Source: a virus (lineage: Duplodnaviria > Caudoviricetes). From it: a stretch of 53,460 nt of DNA. The notes beneath the pieces are model-generated. The model worked only from the letters and a program-made list of their open reading frames with translations. It had not been told where the DNA came from and did no database searches. A program made the position numbers and the translations under genes. The stretch lies in IMG/VR virus record IMGVR_UViG_3300018432_000008, positions 1-53,460 of that record; one strand, given 5' to 3'. Below are positions 45,016 to 53,460 of this stretch, piece after piece. The first letter of the stretch is position 1. Each line of letters begins with the position of its first letter.

Positions 45016-46109
45016 GCGAGCACGCGAGAGCGAACGTAATGAACCACAGCACGCAACCGATCATCGAACAGGGTTTGGACGTAGGTATCGTCCAGGCCTT
45101 CCAGCTTCCACCCGACGATCCGGCGGATGGCGTCCTTGTCGCCTGTCTCGTTGGCGTACGTGAGGAACGCCCGTCGCAGGTCGTACGGCGTGAAGCCTCG
45201 GATGATTTTCGCAAATTCGTGGTCGATGTCCGTAGTGTCCCACGGGTTGCCCCGCACGGTGCGGAACACGAGGTCGCTGCCCGGTTTGATTACAGCGTTA
45301 AGACCATCGACCACTTCCCGAGTGAGTGGGGTATCGCGACGAATGCCCGTCTTGCTGCGGCGGGAACGGATGAAGCCTTCGCGCCAGTGGATTTCATCCA
45401 CGCGCAGGTTACAGCAGTCACCGGGGCCGAACCCGCCGAGCACGCCAAGCATCCACATACACCACAACTGCGGCGACGATGCGAGCAGCAGGCTCTTGAC
45501 GTGAATCGGCGTGAGCAGCTTGTGGATGCGCTGCCCGCGCAGCTTCGACTCGCTGACCTTGGCGAACCCCTTGCCGGTGCGGACGGGACGGTCCAGCCAG
45601 TCACTCGCGGCGGCGTGGTTGAAGCACGCCATGACATTCGCTCGCTCGCGGTTGAAGGCGCGATCCCCAACGCGGTTGCCCATGTGACGCGCGAACGCGG
45701 CGAAGTCTTCGGGGCGAAGCTCGGCAACGGCCCGCTTGCCCAGGGCAACGCTCCCGACCCGCAGCGTGCAGAAGTTCTTGAGCGCCGATTCGATGTCGTC
45801 GTAATGCCCGTCGCTGATCTTCCCGGCGTCCAGATCGGCGGCACGCTCGACGAGGTAGCGGTTGCACAAGTCTTTGACGCTCATCCCGCCGACGCCTTCG
45901 GTTCCACGCATCCACGCGCGGGGCGGGCGACCGGCGTAGAGGTCGTCCTTCACCAAGTCGTACTCAGCCTTGGCGCTGGTGCGATCCCCGTCGCCGGACC
46001 CGAAGTAGTAGAGGTGGCCGTGGATGCGCTTCTGGAATCGCCCGTCGCGGCGGGGCTTGACCGGGAACCGCTCGATCGGTTCGGTTCGGTGTTTGACTCG
46101 CTTCCCCAT
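45012..46109 (-). CDS. int: Tyrosine integrase
   Basis: Arm domain KRIHGHLYYFG; SKTG, YDLRR, IVGW, C-terminal Tyr (DTYV). Confidence 0.85.
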   Translation of the reverse strand: MGKRVKHRTEPIERFPVKPRRDGRFQKRIHGHLYYFGSGDGDRTSAKAEYDLVKDDLYAGRPPRAWMRGTEGVGGMSVKDLCNRYLVERAADLDAGKISDGHYDDIESALKNFCTLRVGSVALGKRAVAELRPEDFAAFARHMGNRVGDRAFNRERANVMACFNHAAASDWLDRPVRTGKGFAKVSESKLRGQRIHKLLTPIHVKSLLLASSPQLWCMWMLGVLGGFGPGDCCNLRVDEIHWREGFIRSRRSKTGIRRDTPLTREVVDGLNAVIKPGSDLVFRTVRGNPWDTTDIDHEFAKIIRGFTPYDLRRAFLTYANETGDKDAIRRIVGWKLEGLDDTYVQTLFDDRLRAVVHYVRSRVLA

Positions 46110-46143
46110 GCGCCGCAGAATCTACCCGTTGCAGCGCGCATCG

Positions 46144-46355
46144 GTAGTCGTCGCAGTAGTCAGATTTGGCCGACGCGATCCGAGCGAATCGTAAGTCGTT
46201 GTCAGATAAAGGTCGGGCCTGTAGCTCAACGGTTAGAGCAGGGGACTCATAAGCCACTTCCCTATCGTGCGACCAGCCTTCCTGTCAGCGAAAACCGCCA
46301 TCCACCGCTGGCAATCCCCGTACTTCCGCTGAACAACCGCGACGCGAGTAGTCAG
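46144..46355 (+). repeat. Candidate integrase arm-type sites
   Basis: GTAGTC at 46144; AGTAGTCAG at 46155 and 46347, flanking the core. Confidence 0.45.
46215..46255 (+). other. attP core: 5' half of a tRNA with CAT anticodon (Ile2/Met)
   Basis: GGGCCTGTAGCTCAACGGTTAGAGCAGGGGACTCATAAGCC; no T-arm or acceptor 3' half follows; next to int. Confidence 0.8.
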
Positions 46356-46465
46356 TTGAATACTGCGCGAAAAGCGCTGCAATCCCCCCGCGTCTACGTA
46401 AGCCGTGGCTTGGTGAAGGTGCGCCGTCCCCGCCCCCTGCCCCCGCAGCACGCTGGAGGCACCCG

Positions 46466-46831
46466 ATGAAGCGTTCAGCGCTTACCCGTCGCACGCCCTT
46501 GCGTAGCGGCAGCGCATTGCCCCGGACGCGGTTGAAGCCCGTCAGCGCCCGCCAGCGCGTGAAGCAGCGGGAGTGGGCGAGCGTGTGCGCTAAGCGGCTG
46601 AAGGCGTGCGGTGGACGGTGTGAGCGGTGTGATGCGCTGGCGCACCTTCAGGGCCATCACAAGTTGCCGAGGTCGCAGGGCGGGCTGAACGTGGATGGTA
46701 ACTGCGCGATGCTGTGCGCGGATTGCCACTGTGAAGTCCACGAGTTCCCGGCGTTCGCTTACGCATGGGGCTGGCTGCTGCACCCGTGGGACGCGCCGAT
46801 TGCGATCGGCGGAGCGAAGGAGGACGAATGA
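46466..46831 (+). CDS. HNH endonuclease
   Basis: CERC..HHKLPRSQGG..NCAMLCADCHCEVH. Confidence 0.85.
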   Translation: MKRSALTRRTPLRSGSALPRTRLKPVSARQRVKQREWASVCAKRLKACGGRCERCDALAHLQGHHKLPRSQGGLNVDGNCAMLCADCHCEVHEFPAFAYAWGWLLHPWDAPIAIGGAKEDE

Positions 46832-47061
46832 GCACCATTCACATCAACCGCGGCGCCGTGAAGGAACTCAGCCGCACGGACGCCGGGGTGCGCTGGTGCT
46901 TCGGCTGCCGCAAGCATCTTCAGTACGAGCACATCGTCTACGGCCACGACTGCGACCCGATGGACGATTGGTACGGGCCGTGGCCGGCGCTGGAATGCAC
47001 GCGCTGCCACGATGACCGTGCGCTGTTCCCCGGCTTTGAACGCGAACCGGAGGACGCATGA
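46828..47061 (+). CDS. Small Zn-ribbon protein
   Basis: WCFGCRK..ECTRCH; AAGGAGG RBS. Confidence 0.6.
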   Translation: MSTIHINRGAVKELSRTDAGVRWCFGCRKHLQYEHIVYGHDCDPMDDWYGPWPALECTRCHDDRALFPGFEREPEDA

Positions 47062-47220
47062 CCGCTCACCCCCGGCGTCCGCTCGCCCGCGTCGCGGGAG
47101 GGGGCAGCGCAGCGCACTACTTCGCCAGCTTGCGCAGCTCTATCACCAGCCGCTCTGCTACCCATTCGCCAGCGACTACTTCGATGGGGCGGCGCAGCTT
47201 GATGAGGCACAGTTCACGTA

Positions 47221-47511
47221 GCTGGTAGCGAAGCAGCAATCGCGCTCGGCTGCACCTGTCCGGTAATGGACAACCACCACGGCGAAGGCGTGCCGACAAG
47301 GAACGGTCGAAAGTTCTGGATGAACGGCGATTGCAAGGTTCACGAGACGAAAGCGGCAGCCGCAAGCCTCGGTCAACGTGGTGGTCTAAAGGGTGGACCC
47401 GCTCGCGCGGCCAAGTTGAGCGCAGATGAACGGTCGCGGATTGCGCGCCTAGCTGCCAAAGCAAGGTGGGCTGTGTCTGCCGGGCAGGACGGCGAAAGGA
47501 GCGGGGCGTGA
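47221..47511 (+). CDS. Chimeric small protein (GCTCP.MDN Zn unit plus GGLKGGPARA basic unit); start uncertain
   Basis: Motifs extend upstream of ATG 47266 to an in-frame stop at 47203. Confidence 0.45.
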   Translation, partial: AGSEAAIALGCTCPVMDNHHGEGVPTRNGRKFWMNGDCKVHETKAAAASLGQRGGLKGGPARAAKLSADERSRIARLAAKARWAVSAGQDGERSGA

Positions 47512-47563
47512 GCACGACATTCCCGCTGATCTCGATGATGTTCCGGACGATCGGAGATGTTCA

Positions 47564-48331
47564 ATGCCCTGTCTGAACGTCGATCTTGACTACTTCGAGC
47601 ACCGCAAGACGAAACGACTCGTCGGCCGGCTCGGCAAGGGCGCGGAAGTGCTGCCCCTCAAGCTGTGGACCTACTGCGGTAAGTTCCACCCGGAGGATGG
47701 CAGGCTGTCCGGCTACTCTGAGCAGGAGATAGCGTCGATCGTGGGTTGGTGGCGAGATCCCAGCGAGTTCGCGCAAGCTATGCTCGACATAGGGTTCCTC
47801 GGTCAAGATGACGAAGGTTACTTCGTTCACGAATGGCTTGAGCATGAGGGCCACTTGGATGCCTTCAAGAAACGAGCCAAGGAGGCCGCTGATAAGCGAT
47901 GGGAGGCTGTACGTCGCGCTAAAGTGATTGGATGCTCTACGGATGCTACAAGCATTGCCCAAGACGAAGATGAGCAATCCCCCAACCGTACTAACCAACC
48001 AACCAAACCAAAAACGCCGTCTCGTTCTGCCAAGGATGAAATTCCAGACCCGCCCGAATCGCTGAACACCCCCGAATTCCATGCCGCGTGGACGCTTTGG
48101 AAGAAGCACCGTGCGGAGATCAAGCACCCGTTGAAGCCCACGATGGCTGCTCGACAGCTCGCGGACTTTGAGCAAATGGGGGTAACGCGGGCCGTGCGGA
48201 TGATTCAGCACACGGTCAGCAAGGGGTGGCAGGGGTTGCGCGAACCCGACAGTCACGAGGGCGGAACTAACGGCGCGTCTCCCGTCTCACAACTCGCGAA
48301 CCGTCCCGCAGTTCGGGTGGTTGGATCGTAG
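47564..48331 (+). CDS. Replication initiator (replisome-organiser-like)
   Basis: DLDYFEHRK..KLW; C-terminal W..HRAEIKHPL..KGWQGL; upstream of the helicase. Confidence 0.75.
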   Translation: MPCLNVDLDYFEHRKTKRLVGRLGKGAEVLPLKLWTYCGKFHPEDGRLSGYSEQEIASIVGWWRDPSEFAQAMLDIGFLGQDDEGYFVHEWLEHEGHLDAFKKRAKEAADKRWEAVRRAKVIGCSTDATSIAQDEDEQSPNRTNQPTKPKTPSRSAKDEIPDPPESLNTPEFHAAWTLWKKHRAEIKHPLKPTMAARQLADFEQMGVTRAVRMIQHTVSKGWQGLREPDSHEGGTNGASPVSQLANRPAVRVVGS

Positions 48332-48341
48332 GAGTTTTCAC

Positions 48342-49727
48342 ATGGTCGCAGAACGATTCGAGCAACTTCCACCGCATGACTTCGAGGCCGAGAAGTGCGC
48401 CATCGCCAGCATGATGCTGAGCGGTGACGACCGACTGGCGTTCGCGAAGATCCGCCGGCTTGTTTGGGGGGATGCGTTCTACTCCGCAGACCACCAAATC
48501 ATCTACCGGGTGGCTTGCGACTTGGCGGACGCTGGATCACCCATCGACGCCACGCTCATCCGCGCCGAACTGTCCAAGCGCGGCCTGCTCAGCGAGTGTG
48601 GCGGGACGGCGTACCTCGCGAACATCCTCAACGCGGTGCCGTCGGCGGTTCATGGTCCGCAGTACGCGACGGTGGTAGCAGACCGCGCCCGCGAGCGCGA
48701 GGGTATCCGGGTAGCGAACAAGCTGGCGCAACGGCTCATGCAGCCCATCGGTGACGGTGGGGCGCAGGAGATCATCCAGCGTGCCATCACCGCCCTGTGG
48801 AAGATCAGCACTTCGGGAAAGCAACTGTCCATCCGCAAGCTCGAAGACGTTCTGCACGACTTCATCGAAGCCCGCGAGGGCGGGAACGCGATCACGATGC
48901 CGACGGGCTACCCGTCCCTGGACGACAACTTCGCCGGCATACTCACGCGGGGCGGTTATACGGCCGTCTGCGCGCGACCGAGCATGGGGAAGTCTACCTT
49001 CGTCCGCGACCTGCTGGGGCGGCGAGCGGCGACGGGTGAGAAGGTGGGGCTCATTGCCGTTGAAGAGAACGAGAACAAGATCGCCGGCAACTACGTGTCC
49101 GCGCAGTCCGGCATCGAGAACAGCAAGATCGCCTACGGCAACTGGGGCGAGAACGAGTGGCGCGAAGTCACTGGCGCTGTCTCGCGCATGGCTGCGTGGC
49201 CGCTGTTCCTCACCGACTCAGCATTCTCCCTCGTGGACATCCAGACCGCGATGGAACTGCTCGTTACGCAGCACGGATGCACGACGATCGCCATCGACCA
49301 CATCCACCTCATCAGCAATCCGAGCGACGGTAACGACAGCGCCGAGCGGAAGCTGAATGAGATCAGTCAGTGCATCAAGGAAACCATTAAGCGGCTGAAG
49401 GTTTGCGGCATCGTCGCCGCACAGCTCAGCCGTCCACCAAAGACGGTGAAGTACCCCGACCCCCCGCGAATGGACGACGTCCGGCAGAGCGGCGGCATTG
49501 AAGAGCACGCAGACGCGATGTTGATGCTGCACCGTGAGGACTACTACCGGCGACACGACCCGAGCTGGAACGCGAACGGTTTGTGCCAGGTCGTCATTGC
49601 CAAGAACCGCAACGGCCCCGTGGGGGATGCCGTGCTCAAGGCTGAGCTTCAGTACCAGCGATTCGCGGAGCTTCCACCATCAAGCCAGTCGTACCGCGAT
49701 CCGTTCCCGATGGAGAACACATTATGA
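48342..49727 (+). CDS. dnaB: Replicative DNA helicase
   Basis: PPHDFEAE; ARPSMGKS; IDHIHL; AQLSR; SGGIEEHAD; AKNRNGP. Confidence 0.95.
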   Translation: MVAERFEQLPPHDFEAEKCAIASMMLSGDDRLAFAKIRRLVWGDAFYSADHQIIYRVACDLADAGSPIDATLIRAELSKRGLLSECGGTAYLANILNAVPSAVHGPQYATVVADRAREREGIRVANKLAQRLMQPIGDGGAQEIIQRAITALWKISTSGKQLSIRKLEDVLHDFIEAREGGNAITMPTGYPSLDDNFAGILTRGGYTAVCARPSMGKSTFVRDLLGRRAATGEKVGLIAVEENENKIAGNYVSAQSGIENSKIAYGNWGENEWREVTGAVSRMAAWPLFLTDSAFSLVDIQTAMELLVTQHGCTTIAIDHIHLISNPSDGNDSAERKLNEISQCIKETIKRLKVCGIVAAQLSRPPKTVKYPDPPRMDDVRQSGGIEEHADAMLMLHREDYYRRHDPSWNANGLCQVVIAKNRNGPVGDAVLKAELQYQRFAELPPSSQSYRDPFPMENTL

Positions 49728-50350
49728 CTTACGAGAGCCCTATCGAAGAACGGATGGGCGTGGCAATGGCGAAAGCCTTCCACCCCGGCGTCACCATTGA
49801 AACGCAGCGGAAGGTAGCGGCGCACGGCGAGAAGTTCCGGCTGGACTTTCATGTTGAGTATCAGGGAACACGCCTAGCCGTGGAGTGCGACGGCAAAGAC
49901 TACCACGAGTACCACCGTGACCGGCGACGCGACCTACTCACCATCGACTCAGGGGCCGTGACGGACGTGTTCCGGCTGCGCGGGACGGACATCGTCTACG
50001 ACGCTGAGGCGTGCGTCACCTACATGCGGTCGTTCTTCCCGTCGCTGTTTGAGGCAGACGCGACGCGCGTGGCGATTGGAGACCTGCTCGACTGGTCATG
50101 CCTGATGTACCACGGCTGTATCAAACCCATTGCTCGTATGACGTTCTCAGCCGATGAGATCCGTGACAACTCCCGCCTGATTAACAGCGGGGCGTGCTGC
50201 GCAACAGATGGTCTTCTCTTGCGTGACGGGTCGTTCGGAATTGTCACATTCAAGACGCCGGACTGGGACTGGAAGGGTCACAAGGAAAACATGCTGATCA
50301 AGACGTTCGCTGATGTGCTTGACCCGGCACCGTGCCAGGTGCGGTCATGA
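49724..50350 (+). CDS. DUF559/Vsr-like endonuclease
   Basis: ESPIE..FRLDF..LAVECDGKDYH..DRRRD. Confidence 0.75.
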   Translation: MTYESPIEERMGVAMAKAFHPGVTIETQRKVAAHGEKFRLDFHVEYQGTRLAVECDGKDYHEYHRDRRRDLLTIDSGAVTDVFRLRGTDIVYDAEACVTYMRSFFPSLFEADATRVAIGDLLDWSCLMYHGCIKPIARMTFSADEIRDNSRLINSGACCATDGLLLRDGSFGIVTFKTPDWDWKGHKENMLIKTFADVLDPAPCQVRS

Positions 50351-50426
50351 CGCGCGCCGAGTTGCCTGCCGTCCCTGTCTCATCTCGCGTCCCTGCGGCG
50401 GTAGCGATCGCAGTAGCGGGGGTGGC

Positions 50427-51485
50427 ATGAGCGCTCTACTCGGCCAAGCCGACGCAACGAGATTGCCGCTGGCAACGGGCAGCGTGGACATGGTGTTTAC
50501 GAGCCCGCCCTACGCAGACGCGCGCACCTACGGCATCGGCGCGCAGCGGAAGTGCGACGAGTGGGTCCAGTGGATGCTGAAGGTCGTGACGGAACTCACG
50601 CGCGTCTGTTCAGGGCTCGTGCTCGTGAACTGCGCAGGCGTGACCCGTGACCGCTGCTACTGGCCCGCGTGCGAAGGGCTGATGTGGGAGTGGTGGAAGC
50701 AGGGCGGCAACCTTTGGCGTCCCGCTTATTGGCATCGCGTGGGCATCCCCGGCAGCGGCGGCAAGCAATGGTTGCGTGCTGACATCGAATACGTCCTGTG
50801 CTTCAAGCGCGATGCTGAGTGGTTGCCGTGGTCGGACAACACGGCGAACGGACACCCGCCGAAATGGGCACCGGGCGGGGAGATGGCGCACAGGCTGACG
50901 AATGGGCAGCGTGTTAACCAGTGGGGTCCGGTTGGTGGTCCGCGCGGCGGTGGTGGTCGGAACGCGGATGGGACTTCCAAGCCGAGCAGGATGCAAGCGG
51001 CAGCCGAGAACGGCTATCCGTCTCACATCATTACGCAGATCCGCCCCGTGGGTGCCGTGGTCAGGAAAGCGATTAGCAGGCAGCACACCAAGTCTCGCGC
51101 AGACGGGACCGATGAGATTCAGGACTACACGCCGCCCGTTCTCGCTAACCCCGGCTGTCTCGTGAAGGGCATCAAGGTTGGTGGCGGGTTGCTCGGTAGC
51201 AAGCTCGCCCACGAGAACGAAGCGCCCTTTCCAGAAGCCCTAGCCGAGTGGTTCATCAAGGGATGGGCAAAGCCGGGCGGCATCGTGCTTGACCCCTTCA
51301 GCGGCAGCGGCACCACAGTCAGCGTCGCGCGTCGCCTCGGTCGCAAGGGCATCGGCTTCGACCTGAGAATGAACCAATGCGAACTCGGCACGCGCCGACT
51401 CGCTGAACCGCTGCGGATCAACGGCAAGCGCCCCCGCCCCATCGTCACCACGTCTGAACCTTCCCTCTTCGCGGAGACAGCATGA
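50427..51485 (+). CDS. Amino-DNA methyltransferase (SPPY, likely N4-C), beta class
   Basis: TSPPY; HEAPFP-like motif; DPFSGSGTT. Confidence 0.9.
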   Translation: MSALLGQADATRLPLATGSVDMVFTSPPYADARTYGIGAQRKCDEWVQWMLKVVTELTRVCSGLVLVNCAGVTRDRCYWPACEGLMWEWWKQGGNLWRPAYWHRVGIPGSGGKQWLRADIEYVLCFKRDAEWLPWSDNTANGHPPKWAPGGEMAHRLTNGQRVNQWGPVGGPRGGGGRNADGTSKPSRMQAAAENGYPSHIITQIRPVGAVVRKAISRQHTKSRADGTDEIQDYTPPVLANPGCLVKGIKVGGGLLGSKLAHENEAPFPEALAEWFIKGWAKPGGIVLDPFSGSGTTVSVARRLGRKGIGFDLRMNQCELGTRRLAEPLRINGKRPRPIVTTSEPSLFAETA

Positions 51486-51715
51486 GACGCACCATCGAAG
51501 AACTACAGACTCTGTACGCCGATAAAGCGCCACGCGGTCACAACCCCGGCAGCCGCAGAAACGACGTAACTGACGCAATGGTGTCAGCGGCGCTGAAGAG
51601 CCACGCGGGCAGCGTTATGGCGGCGGCAAAGCAGCTCGGCCTGTCTCACGTCACGGTCTACAACCGGCTGAAGGCGATGCGAGCACTTGCCAAGCAGGGG
51701 GTGCCCCGTGGGTAA
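51482..51715 (+). CDS. Fis-like HTH protein
   Basis: AALKSHAGSVMAAAKQLGLSHVTVYNRLK. Confidence 0.75.
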   Translation: MRRTIEELQTLYADKAPRGHNPGSRRNDVTDAMVSAALKSHAGSVMAAAKQLGLSHVTVYNRLKAMRALAKQGVPRG

Positions 51716-51754
51716 GCGTTACGCCCCGTGCCAGGCGCGGAAGGTGGTGGTGAA

Positions 51755-52240
51755 GTGAGCCTTCTATTCGACGTAGTGCTGAACATCGACCCCCCGAAGG
51801 TGACGCACCACCAGAAGACGCTGGGCCTGCGCAACGGCAAGGGCGGGAAGCTCATACCAACGATGCGCGACAAGCCCGAGCTTGAACAGGCGCAGGCGAT
51901 GATCGCGATGGGCTTGCACCGTAGCACCGTCCGCGCCGGGTCCAAGCCGCGGCGTCCGATCCAGGCGAAAGTCATCATGGACGTGTCGTTCTGTTTCAGG
52001 TCGGACATCATCGAATACTGGGGTAACACGCCCGACCGCGACAACCTAGCCAAGACGCTCCAAGACGTGATGACGCGAAACGGCTGGTTCGATGACGACC
52101 GGCTGATCGTCGGTGGAATCGTTGAGAAGGGGTGCGGACCTGAGCCGTTCATCCGGGTCGTGTGTGAGTTGGCGGATGATGAAGCGTGGCGTGAGATTTA
52201 CGAGACGGTTCGCCCGACGATAGCCCAAGCGGTTGTGTAA
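51755..52240 (+). CDS. rusA: RusA-like Holliday junction resolvase
   Basis: PDRDNLAKTLQDVM..DDDRLIV. Confidence 0.8.
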   Translation: MSLLFDVVLNIDPPKVTHHQKTLGLRNGKGGKLIPTMRDKPELEQAQAMIAMGLHRSTVRAGSKPRRPIQAKVIMDVSFCFRSDIIEYWGNTPDRDNLAKTLQDVMTRNGWFDDDRLIVGGIVEKGCGPEPFIRVVCELADDEAWREIYETVRPTIAQAVV

Positions 52241-52270
52241 CGCGCAAATGATTTGCCCATAAGGAGTATT

Positions 52271-52957
52271 ATGGTCTTGCATAACGGAACGGACTCTGCC
52301 AAGATGACCCCGCCCGCAGCCCTTCCCTTTCAGGATTCGCCGCCTTGGCGCAGTCCTGTCGCGGCGTTCCCCGAATTAGACGCAGACGGCAATCCACCGC
52401 TCACAGACGGGCGGCTGGTCGCTGATACGCCGGGCGTGTGGCACGTCGCACGGTGCCGCAGTAAGCACGTTAAGGCGTACGCGCGTGACCTGCTGACTCT
52501 ATCCAAGCTCACGGATGGGGCGGTGAACTTCCTGCTGCCGATGCGGCATGGTCCAACGGTAGGCTCGGCTGGCACGAAGCGCCGCCCGTACAAGTCACCG
52601 CTCTATCCCGGCATTCTCTTCGTCTGCGTCGCGGACGACTCACTTGAAATTGACCCGAATCACAGGACGTTCCCGTCGCAAGCCATTACGGTCCCCGGCC
52701 GCGCACAGGACACGTTCCGCGCTGACCTTGCCCGCGTGGAACTGATGGCGATCAACGACCCTGATACGTTGGACGTGTGGCCCGGTATATGTGCCGGCCA
52801 ACTCGTTGAGATTCAGGACGGGCATTATCGTGGCCTGCGCGCTCGCGTTGAAGAAGTGAACCCCGGCGGCAAGCGGATGCTGGTGGTGCACTTCGAGGAC
52901 GTGCAGTTCTCTGCGACCGTCGAGCTTGGCGAGCACGTCCGCGTTGAACCGATCTGA
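52271..52957 (+). CDS. NusG-family (NGN+KOW) antiterminator
   Basis: WHVARC..FLLPM..PLYPGILFV; GQLVEIQDGHYRGLRARVEEV. Confidence 0.8.
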   Translation: MVLHNGTDSAKMTPPAALPFQDSPPWRSPVAAFPELDADGNPPLTDGRLVADTPGVWHVARCRSKHVKAYARDLLTLSKLTDGAVNFLLPMRHGPTVGSAGTKRRPYKSPLYPGILFVCVADDSLEIDPNHRTFPSQAITVPGRAQDTFRADLARVELMAINDPDTLDVWPGICAGQLVEIQDGHYRGLRARVEEVNPGGKRMLVVHFEDVQFSATVELGEHVRVEPI

Positions 52958-53112
52958 ACGCCCGTCGTCTCCCCACGTCGGGCATGTAACCGTGCGGCTG
53001 CCGGTCCTTTCACACAAAGCCCGCCGCGCAGCCCGCACGGCTTGAACCGAGTCGTCGTCCCCTTCGGGGCTGTCCGTCGTTAACCGCAGCGGGCAGCCCT
53101 TAGCTACGTAGC

Positions 53113-53155
53113 GGCCGCGCACGGATGGAACGCTCCCGTGCGCGGCCAACCTTTT
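53113..53155 (+). terminator. Hairpin terminator candidate in the late leader
   Basis: 12-bp stem GGCCGCGCACGG/CCGTGCGCGGCC followed by AACCTTTT. Confidence 0.5.
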
Positions 53156-53337
53156 AACGGCCATGATGAAGCAAATCGACCGGGATGTGTGGACGTATCG
53201 GCTTCCGATGAAAGATTCGGGGCTAAAACTTTCACCGACCCGCAGCAATGCAAGCCAACTTTCATCGTTTGCCGGTGCCATGCGTTGTGGTGTGACTCGA
53301 AAGCTTCAGCGGTTGTGGGCGCGGTTTACTTGTGTGC

Positions 53338-53460
53338 GCCTTGGTCACTCTCACCCGCTGTTCCAGTGCGTCCATTGCGGACATCCGGCGACGATGCGGG
53401 TGAAGGCATGAGCCCCAACCGATGCAAGAATTGTGAGCATTGGCGGGGCAACCACGGCGA
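53338..53460. repeat. Direct terminal overlap (copy 2)
   Basis: Identical to 1-123. Confidence 0.95.

Noticed and set aside
46215-46290. Complete tRNA gene
   Set aside because: No T-arm (GTTC) and no 3' acceptor strand; treated as an att fragment
45039-46469. 476-aa + strand ORF
   Set aside because: Antisense shadow of the integrase running through attP; no recognisable domain

Overview
The window is an apparently complete, circularly assembled temperate tailed phage genome. Bases 1-123 equal 53338-53460, giving a unit length of 53,337 bp. It is GC-rich, and the host is most likely a planctomycete (inferred from the integrase type, a prepilin-type gene, PA14 domains and EVQ-type domains). 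Gene order on the + strand: membrane/lysis-region genes; a beta-helix/SGNH/Ig-like virion-accessory cluster ending in a gp36-like adaptor fusion; TerS/TerL; Mu-like portal; MuF; protease/scaffold; decoration protein; major capsid; a non-contractile tail module (tube, -1 frameshifted chaperone, tape measure, PA14 protein); a pseudopilin moron; a ParB-MTase plus nuclease-like gene; a divergent small-regulator switch; an IS1595-family element with a passenger gene; early genes; xis/int with an attP carrying the 5' half of a tRNA(CAT); replication genes (initiator, DnaB); a second MTase; RusA; and a NusG-like antiterminator. The standout feature is in MuF. It carries an Ala1 intein whose endonuclease slot holds no in-frame nuclease. 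Instead, a complete HTH/NUMOD3-like/DUF559(Vsr-like) endonuclease gene lies on the opposite strand, codon-in-register, with its own TTGACG-N16-TATGAT leaderless-type promoter written inside the intein C-terminal coding sequence. All family calls come from motifs read by eye; no database searches were run.
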